This document shows, piece by piece, positions 56,439 to 64,000 of a stretch of DNA of 64,000 nucleotides (its first letter is position 1; each line of letters begins with the position of its first letter). Under the pieces are notes generated by a model. That model saw nothing but the letters and a program-made list of their open reading frames with translations. It was not told the DNA's origin and made no database searches. The DNA is from an uncultured Bacteroidota bacterium. GTDB lineage: Bacteria; Bacteroidota; Bacteroidia; Bacteroidales; GWA2-32-17. The position numbers were made by a program, and so were the translations under genes. The stretch is taken from positions 64,038 through 128,037 of the forward strand of contig CAIQJL010000264.1 of assembly GCA_903872185.1 (NCBI GenBank). Direction: 5' to 3'.

Positions 56439-57416
56439 ATGAATTTTTCTAACGACGTTGAAGCAGTTAAAAATCTCAGACAGGCTCACGAAAGACTTTC
56501 AAATGAAATAAAAAAAGTAATTATCGGGCAAGATGATGTTGTAAAAGAAGTTTTAATAACAATATTCAGTCGTGGCCATTGTTTACTTATTGGAGTTCCT
56601 GGTTTAGCAAAAACTCTTTTAGTAACCACTATTGCAAATTCACTAGGACTGAAATATAAAAGAATTCAGTTTACTCCAGATTTAATGCCATCAGATATTA
56701 TTGGCACAGAAGTTTTAGATGAAAACAGACAGTTTAAGTTTGTAAAAGGGCCAATATTTGCAAATTTCATACTTGCCGACGAGATTAACCGCACACCACC
56801 AAAAACACAGGCAGCTTTACTTGAAGCTATGCAGGAAAGATCGGTTACTGCAGCTGGTCAACATTTTAATTTAGATAATCCATTTTTTGTATTAGCTACA
56901 CAAAACCCAATTGAGCAGGAAGGAACATATCCTTTACCCGAAGCGCAACTCGACAGATTTATGTTTAACACTATGCTCGATTATCCGAAATTTGAAGATG
57001 AAATAAATATTGTTCGTGCTACAACTTCTGAAATAAATGTAAATGTTGAAAAAGTTTTAACAGCTGAGGATATTATTTTTTATCAGGATCTTATTCGCAA
57101 AGTTCCGGTAAACGATAATGTATTAAAATATGCTGTAAACCTAACTTCATCAACTCGACCAGGAAAACAAAACGCAAATGACCTTGCATCAAAATATATA
57201 AACTGGGGAGCTGGTCCAAGAGCATCGCAATTTTTAATAATCGGTGCAAAAACACTTTCTGTATTAAACGGTAAATTTTCTCCAGATATAGAAGATATTA
57301 AAGCAATTGCTCACCCTATTTTAAGGCACAGGTTAATTAAAAATTATAAAGCTGAAGCTGAAGGAATAACAATAGATAACATTATAACTGAATTATTAAA
57401 ATCGAATAAAGTATAA
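56439..57416 (+). CDS. MoxR-family AAA+ ATPase
   Basis: 325 aa. GVPGLAKT Walker A, LADEINRTPPKTQAALLEAMQE, ATQNPIEQEGTYPLPEAQLDRF. Confidence 0.92.
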   Translation: MNFSNDVEAVKNLRQAHERLSNEIKKVIIGQDDVVKEVLITIFSRGHCLLIGVPGLAKTLLVTTIANSLGLKYKRIQFTPDLMPSDIIGTEVLDENRQFKFVKGPIFANFILADEINRTPPKTQAALLEAMQERSVTAAGQHFNLDNPFFVLATQNPIEQEGTYPLPEAQLDRFMFNTMLDYPKFEDEINIVRATTSEINVNVEKVLTAEDIIFYQDLIRKVPVNDNVLKYAVNLTSSTRPGKQNANDLASKYINWGAGPRASQFLIIGAKTLSVLNGKFSPDIEDIKAIAHPILRHRLIKNYKAEAEGITIDNIITELLKSNKV

Positions 57417-57460
57417 TCTTTATTTTAGTATTTTTTGTAAGCTTAAATCAATTTTATTAA

Positions 57461-58969
57461 ATGATAAGACCATTAATAGTATTTCTGCTTATTGTAATAA
57501 CATTTTTTACTTCAAATGCACAGGAAGTAAAAAGAATAGAGCTTATTAATGCCGATGAAATTGATTACGATGAGATTCTGCTTGGAAAAGAAATAAAAAG
57601 ACTTAAAGGCAGTGTAGCATTTAAACATGATAGCGCTTTGTTATTTTGCGACAGCGCTTATTTTAACTCTATTAGGAATAATGTTGTTATGTATGGTCAT
57701 GTACACATTAACATTGGTGATACTATACATTTATGGGGCGATTCTATCAGATATTATGGGAATACTAAAATAGCTCAGGTAAGAAATAATGTAAAACTTA
57801 CTAATAAAACAGCTATGTTAACAACAGACTCGATGAATTACGATCGTAATTTAAATATGGGTTATTATTTTAACTGGGGAAAAATAAAAGATGGCGAAAA
57901 TTCATTAGTAAGTCAATGGGGTTATTATTTCTCTTTGTTAAAAGATTTTGTAGCAGTTAAAAATGTTATTCTTACAAATCCAAAATACCATATGTATTCT
58001 GATTCGTTAAGATATAATACAGAAACAGAGATTGCTTCATTTTACGGTCCCTCAAAAATTGTTGGAGACTCAAATTTAATTTATTGCGAAAACGGTTGGT
58101 ATAATACCAAAACAGAAATAAGCCAGTTTAATAAAAACGCATATTTAAAAAGTAAAGCTCAAACAATAAAAGGTGATAGCTTATACTATGATAGGAATAG
58201 AAAATTTGGTAAAGCATATAAAAATGTTCAAATTATTGATACCACATCCAACATTTTACTTTTAGGCAACTACGGATATTATTATGAGTCGCCAGAGCAG
58301 GCAATGCTAACTGATAGTGCCGTTTTTATCAATTATGGAAAAACAGATACTTTATTTTTACATGCAGATACTTTACGGTCAAATACTTTAACAGATAGCA
58401 TAGGGATTTATAAATTAATAAGAGCCTACAATAATGCAAAACTATTTAAACCAGACATACAGGGAAGTTGCGATTCATTAACATATTCTTTAAGAGACTC
58501 TATAATCAGACTTTTTGAAGTACCCATTCTATGGTCACAAGTTCATCAGCTTACAGCTGAAATAATTGAGATACACACAAAAAATAATCAAGCTGATTAT
58601 ATTGTTTTACAAACTGCTGCTTTTGTTATTTCTCAAGAAGATACTATTAGGTTCAACCAAGTTAAAGGAAAAAACATGATTGGATACATCAAAAATAATG
58701 AACTAGACAGAATTGAAGTTGATGGAAATGGTCAATCAATATATTTTCCGAAAGACAAAAACGAACTTATTGGAGCTAATACTTCTGAAAGTAGCAAGAT
58801 GACTATTTACATGGATAAAGGTCAAGTAGCCAGAATATTATTTCTCACAAAACCTACTGCAGTTTTACATCCAATTGATGAATTACCAGCAAATGAATTA
58901 ATATTACCAAATTTTAAATGGTATAAAAATTTAAGGCCAATAAAAAAGGAGGATATTTTTAATAATTAG
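57461..58969 (+). CDS. exported OstA-like (LptA/LptD N-terminal beta-jellyroll repeat) protein
   Basis: 502 aa. Signal peptide and repeated ~40-aa D-S-x-x-Y / beta-strand units (ADEIDYD..., CDSAYFN..., GDSIRYY..., TDSMNYD..., SDSLRYN..., GDSLYYD..., CDSLTYS...). Confidence 0.55.
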   Translation: MIRPLIVFLLIVITFFTSNAQEVKRIELINADEIDYDEILLGKEIKRLKGSVAFKHDSALLFCDSAYFNSIRNNVVMYGHVHINIGDTIHLWGDSIRYYGNTKIAQVRNNVKLTNKTAMLTTDSMNYDRNLNMGYYFNWGKIKDGENSLVSQWGYYFSLLKDFVAVKNVILTNPKYHMYSDSLRYNTETEIASFYGPSKIVGDSNLIYCENGWYNTKTEISQFNKNAYLKSKAQTIKGDSLYYDRNRKFGKAYKNVQIIDTTSNILLLGNYGYYYESPEQAMLTDSAVFINYGKTDTLFLHADTLRSNTLTDSIGIYKLIRAYNNAKLFKPDIQGSCDSLTYSLRDSIIRLFEVPILWSQVHQLTAEIIEIHTKNNQADYIVLQTAAFVISQEDTIRFNQVKGKNMIGYIKNNELDRIEVDGNGQSIYFPKDKNELIGANTSESSKMTIYMDKGQVARILFLTKPTAVLHPIDELPANELILPNFKWYKNLRPIKKEDIFNN

Positions 58970-59006
58970 AAATTCTCAATCTCAAATATTTGAAATTGAA
59001 AATTAA

Positions 59007-59228
59007 CTAGTACTCATCTTCGTTAAATAAAAAATCTTCTTTTGTTGGATAGTCAGGCCAAATATCTTCGATATTATCATATACCTCACCTTCGTCTTCA
59101 AGTTCTTGTAAGTTTTCAATTACCTCCATCGGTGCACCAGAACGAATTGCAAAATCAATAAGCTCATCTTTAGTCGCAGGCCAAGGGGCGTCCTCTAATT
59201 TCGAGGCTAATTCAAGAGTCCAATACAT
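59007..59228 (-). CDS. DUF2795-family small acidic protein
   Basis: 73 aa. WPATKDELIDFAIRSGAPMEVIENLQEL matches the remembered DUF2795 pattern. Confidence 0.6.
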   Translation of the reverse strand: MYWTLELASKLEDAPWPATKDELIDFAIRSGAPMEVIENLQELEDEGEVYDNIEDIWPDYPTKEDFLFNEDEY

Positions 59229-59744
59229 ATAATTATTCCTTTTTGATAGCTATTCTAAGTTTTCAAATATTTCGCGAAATTATACTTTTTTTTTACAGTA
59301 GCAACTTTTTTCTTTTATTTATCTAAAATACTTCACCTCCAACTTTATTTATTCTGATTTTATTGAAGTTATCTTTAATAAAAAAACAAGTGATTAAAAA
59401 AATAGCTCAGTTTACAGTAAATCCCTTTTTTCGCTGGTTAAAAAAATAAAATACTTTAAAAATAAATTTTACCTGAAGTAATTTACCTGCAACATAAAGT
59501 AAAACACTTGTATAAAAATCATTTATTAGTTAATTTTTCCTTTAAATATTTTTTTAATTTTGTTTTATTAAATTCTTAAAAAAATTACTTTAATAAAAAA
59601 AAACATATTCCATTAATTATGTTTTTAATTCATTTTTAATGTTTTAATATTTGGTTTTCTTGAAAAATATTTTAATTTTGCCTTACTATTACATTTAGAT
59701 CTAAATAACCATATTCTTTTTTTAATTTATCTTAATTAAAAATT

Positions 59745-62700
59745 ATGAGAACTATTAAATTCATTACATGTTTAAGCTTAATTTTTTTCGGTTTAATAAA
59801 GAGTAGTAATGCTCAAATAACTATTTCAACAATGAATAACCCTGCAAGTTTTTTTGTTGATCAACTAGTTGGCACAGGTGTAACTTATTCTAATGCAACT
59901 TTCAGTAATACCGGAGCTGCATATGCGAGCACTTCATCATCAAACTATGGGCTTTTTAATAATGCCTCCTCTGTTATTGGAATTAACAGTGGTATAATTT
60001 TATCAACAGGTAATGTTTTAGGTGCACCTGGTCCAAACTCATCACCAAACATGTCGACTGTGAATTCAAGAGGTGGAGATGGTACTTTAAATACTATTGT
60101 AACCCCAACATATGATGCAATGGGTTTAGAATTTAATTTTGTTCCGGAATCAAATGTTATCACTTTTCGTTATGTTTTTGCATCTGAAGAATATAATGAA
60201 TTTGTCAATTCATCTTTCAATGATGTTTTTGGATTTTTTATCACAAATAATACTGGAGGGTTGGAAGGATATTCAAATAAAAATATTGCAATTGTTCCAG
60301 GTACTACCAATACTGCAGTTTCAATTAATAATGTAAATAACGGATATGGTGCAGCAGGTGCTTTAGGAAATAACACATGCAATAATTGTGCATATTACAG
60401 AGACAACGGAGCTGGCTCATATAATATACAATACGATGGTTTTACAACCATTTTAACTGCAACATGCAATGTTACACCATGTGCCTCCTATCACATGAAA
60501 ATTATTATTGCTGATGTATCCGATTATGCTTATGATTCTGGTGTTTTTCTCGAATCCGGTAGCTTTACTAGCCCTTCAATTAATCAAATTGATATTACAT
60601 ACTCAAATCCTTCAGCTGGAGGAAATGCTGCCATGGTTGAAGGATGTAGTAACGGACAAATGACATTTGGTTTAACCAGCCCTACTCCTTTTAATCGAAA
60701 TATTCCATTCTCAATTTCAGGAACCGCAACTTATGGAACTGATTTTTATACAATACCTGATATTTCAGGAACTTGGACAGCACCAAACAATTATTTCGTA
60801 ACTATTCCTGCCGGCCAAACCGCTACAACCCTTACTATAGTCCCGATAAACGAGGGCACTGTAGAGGGCACTGAAAATGTTGTATTTGCAATACAAACAA
60901 ATTTATGCGGAGCTCCTGTTATTCACACCGGTTCATTAAATATTTTAGATAACTCAACTCCTTTTTCAAGTTCAATTACTCCACCTCAAAATATTTGCCT
61001 CGGAAACAATGCATCATTAGCTTTAAGTATCGCTGGTGGACAAACACCAATTTCATACAGTTGGAATCCTACGGGCTATACCACTAACTCCATTACAGTA
61101 AATCCTCCAACAAATCAATCATATACTGTTATAGCTACAGACGCCTGCGGTTCCACAACAACTGGCACAACATCGGTTAATGTAAATGACATTCCTACTG
61201 TTGTTCCTTTTCCAACTTCACAAACATTATGCAGTGGAGAAACAACAGCTATTGCACTTTCATCTGGAGTAACAGGAGCATCGTTTAACTGGACTATCAG
61301 TGCAGGTACAAATATTACAGGAGCTGCATCAGGTTCAGATGTTACCATTTCTCAAACTCTTGTTAATTCAGGTACAAGTCAAGAAACCGTAACTTATACA
61401 ATAACTCCATCGGCTAACGGCTGTGATGGACCACCTACTGATATTATTGTATCTGTAAACCCAGCTCTTAATGCGTCTGCCACTTCAACTCCTGTTACAA
61501 CTTGCACGGGAACTCCTGATGGAAGCATAACAATAATCGCTACAGGAGGAACCGCACCACTTAATTATGCAATTGATGGAGGAACCTTAGATATTAACAA
61601 TGTGTTTTCAAATATTGGTGTTGGTAGCCATTCAGTTATTATATCTGATGCTGTTGGTTGTCAGTTCACAATAAACAATATTGATGTAATTGGCAATACA
61701 GGCATTTCAATTACAAGTATTATTCCTGTTGATGTGAATTGTTATGGGGAATCGACTGGAAGTTTAACTATAACCGCTCCAGGTGCAACACAATTTAGTA
61801 TCAACAATGGAACAGATTGGTTTCCATCAAACACTTTTAATAATCTAACATCTGGCACTTATAATGTTTTAGTAAGCGATGCAGGAAATTGTCAGGACGC
61901 ACAAAGCATTTCAATCTCATCGCCCACTGCAATTGCAGTTGACTCAATTGTTACAGATATGCTTTGCACAGTATTAGGAAATGCAACTTTATCTATCAAT
62001 GGAGGTACAAGCCCATACACTGTTCAATGGTTTGACAATACAACTTTGCCATCTCATGATAATTTAACAAATGGAAATTATACTGTAACTGTTACTGATT
62101 CACATTCATGTACCTTTGCATCATCTGTGGATATAGGATTTAGTTCAGGAAACATGAGCCTTCAAACAAATATTTCAAATGTTTCTTGTCATGGCGATTC
62201 CTCTGGTAATATTTCTCTGATTGTTCAAAATGGAGAATTACCATTTATTGCTAACTGGGATGGATTTACTGAAACAGGACTTTCATTAACCGGACTTTTA
62301 GCGGGAACATACAATGTAACTGTTACCGATTTAAATGGATGCACAACAAACTCAAATATGAATATTATTGAACCTAGTCAAATAACTCTAGACTCAGTAA
62401 TAACAAATCACAGTTGTGGAACTTTAGGAAGTGCTTCAATAATTCCGACTGGCGGAACTCCTGGATACTTATATTATTGGAGCGTTCCAGGATCAACTGC
62501 AACAATTAGCAACATTCCTGCTGGAAGTTATACCGTGACTGTTACAGATTCTTATAATTGTTCATCTACTTTAACAACAATTGTTGACCTTGTTCCTTCA
62601 ACCGGAATTGAGCAAATTTCACAATCAAATATTTTATGTAATGGGGATTCGAACGCTAGCGCAACTGTAATAATAACTAATGGATCACCACCTTTTAATT

Positions 62701-63575
62701 GTATATGGCAACATGATTTAACAAATAACACAAATATCGCATCAAATTTATCAGCAGGAAATTATAATGTAACAATTACTGACACATATGGTGCTTGTGT
62801 TGTACCATTAATAGTAACTATTTTACAACCTTCTGCTTTAATTATAAATCCTATTGTAACCAATATTACCTGCAATAATTTAAATAATGGAATAATTGTA
62901 GCAAACGGAACTGGAGGCACAATACCATATCAATTCCAATGGTCAAACAATTCTACAAACTCTAGTATTAGTAACCTTTCAGAAGGCACATACGAATTAA
63001 CAATTACAGATGGAAATAATTGTATCGATTCGGTTTTAAATATTACAATTACAAATCCAACCACACTTACTACCTCAACCTCATTCATTAATCCAACCTT
63101 TTTCAACTCAACAGATGGAGCAGCTACAGTATATGCAAATGGAGGAACAATTCCATACACATACATTTGGTCATCTGGTCAAACTACTCAAATTATCACA
63201 AATATTGGAAATGGGCTATACATTGTTACGGTTTCTGACTATAATAGCTGTAATGAAATTGACACTATTTTAATAGATGTGCCGGAATTACCTGTTGAAA
63301 TTCCAACCGTAATAACACCTAATGGCGATGGTGCAAATGATGATTTTGAAATCACAAACATTCTTGGTTATACAGATATTACTGTTGAGATTTATAATAG
63401 ATGGGGTGATAAAATATTTATTTTCACCGGCTCGGGAGTAGAATATACTACGAGTTCTAATAGATGGAATGGAACCAGAAAAGGAAAAGACCTTCCAATG
63501 GGCGGGTATATTTTTATTGTTAAATTAAATAACAACAAAGAACCTGTAACTGGTGTAGTATCTATTATACGTTAA
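59745..63575 (+). CDS. giant secreted adhesin-like protein: choice-of-anchor L domain, Calx-beta-like domain, Ig-like modules, ~8 SprB-type repeats, T9SS type B C-terminal sorting domain
   Basis: 1276 aa. Signal peptide. LEFNFVPESNVITFRYVFASEEYNEF...YDGFTTILTA...IIIADVSDYAYDSGVFLESGSF (choice-of-anchor L). ISGTATYGTDF...TLTIVPINEGTVEGTENV (Calx-beta-like). Repeated C.G...G...GG..PY...W......L.AG.Y.VTVTD..GC units. C-terminus VITPNGDGANDDFEI...IYNRWGDKIF...WNGT.KGKDLP.GGY. Confidence 0.85.
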   Translation: MRTIKFITCLSLIFFGLIKSSNAQITISTMNNPASFFVDQLVGTGVTYSNATFSNTGAAYASTSSSNYGLFNNASSVIGINSGIILSTGNVLGAPGPNSSPNMSTVNSRGGDGTLNTIVTPTYDAMGLEFNFVPESNVITFRYVFASEEYNEFVNSSFNDVFGFFITNNTGGLEGYSNKNIAIVPGTTNTAVSINNVNNGYGAAGALGNNTCNNCAYYRDNGAGSYNIQYDGFTTILTATCNVTPCASYHMKIIIADVSDYAYDSGVFLESGSFTSPSINQIDITYSNPSAGGNAAMVEGCSNGQMTFGLTSPTPFNRNIPFSISGTATYGTDFYTIPDISGTWTAPNNYFVTIPAGQTATTLTIVPINEGTVEGTENVVFAIQTNLCGAPVIHTGSLNILDNSTPFSSSITPPQNICLGNNASLALSIAGGQTPISYSWNPTGYTTNSITVNPPTNQSYTVIATDACGSTTTGTTSVNVNDIPTVVPFPTSQTLCSGETTAIALSSGVTGASFNWTISAGTNITGAASGSDVTISQTLVNSGTSQETVTYTITPSANGCDGPPTDIIVSVNPALNASATSTPVTTCTGTPDGSITIIATGGTAPLNYAIDGGTLDINNVFSNIGVGSHSVIISDAVGCQFTINNIDVIGNTGISITSIIPVDVNCYGESTGSLTITAPGATQFSINNGTDWFPSNTFNNLTSGTYNVLVSDAGNCQDAQSISISSPTAIAVDSIVTDMLCTVLGNATLSINGGTSPYTVQWFDNTTLPSHDNLTNGNYTVTVTDSHSCTFASSVDIGFSSGNMSLQTNISNVSCHGDSSGNISLIVQNGELPFIANWDGFTETGLSLTGLLAGTYNVTVTDLNGCTTNSNMNIIEPSQITLDSVITNHSCGTLGSASIIPTGGTPGYLYYWSVPGSTATISNIPAGSYTVTVTDSYNCSSTLTTIVDLVPSTGIEQISQSNILCNGDSNASATVIITNGSPPFNCIWQHDLTNNTNIASNLSAGNYNVTITDTYGACVVPLIVTILQPSALIINPIVTNITCNNLNNGIIVANGTGGTIPYQFQWSNNSTNSSISNLSEGTYELTITDGNNCIDSVLNITITNPTTLTTSTSFINPTFFNSTDGAATVYANGGTIPYTYIWSSGQTTQIITNIGNGLYIVTVSDYNSCNEIDTILIDVPELPVEIPTVITPNGDGANDDFEITNILGYTDITVEIYNRWGDKIFIFTGSGVEYTTSSNRWNGTRKGKDLPMGGYIFIVKLNNNKEPVTGVVSIIR

Positions 63576-63587
63576 AATATTTTCATT

Positions 63588-63627
63588 AAAAAAAAGACTG
63601 TTAATTTAAATTAGCAGTCTTTTTTTA
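63588..63627 (+). terminator. rho-independent terminator after the adhesin gene
   Basis: AAAAAAAAGACTG-ttaatttaaattag-CAGTCTTTTTTT: a 7-bp GC-containing core stem extendable through A/T pairs, followed by a U-tract, 13 nt after the stop. Confidence 0.7.
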
Positions 63628-63672
63628 TTCAACAAATAATAAATTTAATAGCTTTGCTATAGATTTAAAATT

Positions 63673-64000
63673 ATGCTAAACAATTCTCCTGGTGCAATTG
63701 GTGTTTTTGATTCTGGTTACGGCGGACTAACAATTTTAAAGGAATTTGAAAAACAATTACCTCAGTACGACTATATTTATTTAGGCGATAATGCACGTGC
63801 ACCATACGGAGGAAGATCTTTTTATGTAGTTTATCAATATACGCTTCAGGCAGTAAATCATTTATTTTCTCAAGGTTGCCATTTAGTAGTTTTAGCCTGC
63901 AATACTGCATCGGCAAAAGCATTAAGAACAATTCAACAAAATGATTTACCAAAAATAGATTCTAAAAGAAGAGTACTTGGAGTAATAAGGCCAAGCGCTG
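63673..64000 (+). CDS. murI: glutamate racemase (N-terminal part; continues beyond the window)
   Basis: Own translation from ATG 63673: MLNNSPGAIGVFDSGYGGLTILKE...YIYLGDNARAPYG...VVLACNTASAKAL... The frame is open to the window end. The track only lists a spurious antisense ORF here. Confidence 0.9.
   Translation, partial: MLNNSPGAIGVFDSGYGGLTILKEFEKQLPQYDYIYLGDNARAPYGGRSFYVVYQYTLQAVNHLFSQGCHLVVLACNTASAKALRTIQQNDLPKIDSKRRVLGVIRPSA

Noticed and set aside
58977-58998. AT-rich palindrome CAATCTCAAATATTTGAAATTG between convergent genes, considered as a bidirectional terminator.
   Set aside because: The stem is almost pure A/T with no loop and no flanking U-tract, so it is too weak to call.
59269-59280. 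Perfect 12-bp palindrome ATTTCGCGAAAT upstream of the DUF2795 gene, with the same half-sites as the candidate ArsR operators.
   Set aside because: Spacing is 0 rather than 8 nt, so the geometry for a dimer differs. By rough estimate, a few tens of 12-bp palindromes of some kind are expected by chance in 64 kb. There is no functional link to the ArsR locus.
63671-63952. 93-aa minus-strand ORF at the window end.
   Set aside because: The plus strand here encodes an obvious glutamate racemase N-terminus (GVFDSGYGGLT, LACNTAS), so the minus ORF is antisense noise.
1-64000. Scan for CRISPR arrays, rRNA/tRNA genes, transposases, integrases, phage genes, restriction-modification and toxin-antitoxin pairs.
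   Set aside because: No regularly spaced direct repeats were seen, no RNA-gene-like GC-rich structured blocks other than the short palindromic repeats reported, and no ORF with recombinase, transposase or phage motifs. Absence is based on reading only, not on covariance-model searches.

Overview
AT-rich (about 30% GC by eye) chromosomal segment with Bacteroidota hallmarks: T9SS cargo with type A and type B C-terminal sorting domains, a PorP/SprF gene, fused CcoN/CcoO, a CarboxypepD_reg-type TonB receptor with a DUF4249 partner, and DUF4290-murA synteny. It holds about 55 densely packed protein genes. I saw no rRNA, tRNA, CRISPR array, transposase or integrase. Most of the window is housekeeping: pgi, gpsA, fur-like, murB, uvrD, murA, hflX, kdsB, recQ, guaB, SurA/PpiD-type chaperones, moxR and murI. 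Four parts stand out. (1) 19.2-26.6 kb is the most unusual. A thioredoxin-like gene and an ArsR gene are separated only by one in-frame TGA, and an upstream paralog has the same two modules fused into one ORF. A seven-gene, tightly coupled operon follows: two exported RCxxC paralogs, a CcdA/DsbD-type membrane protein, a COG0701/ArsP_1-type permease, a rhodanese-like protein with Asp in place of the catalytic Cys, a lipoprotein and an outer-membrane barrel. No canonical ars core genes are present. A shared ATTTCG-N8-CGAAAT inverted repeat sits in front of both transcription units. (2) Two giant T9SS type-B adhesin-like proteins are present. One (7.7-12.5 kb) has a cognate PorP/SprF gene downstream and a divergent 809-aa polytopic membrane protein. 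The other (59.7-63.6 kb) has no PorP/SprF partner. (3) A complete cbb3 oxidase and assembly cluster lies on the minus strand at 32.4-40.6 kb, including two genes under 60 aa (CcoQ-like, CcoS) that the ORF track misses. (4) GC-rich palindromic intergenic repeats occur only between convergent genes. Two mirrored copies bracket a 2.2-kb module that also carries a decayed T9SS C-terminal-domain remnant. All functional calls come from motif recognition in the translations; no database search was run.
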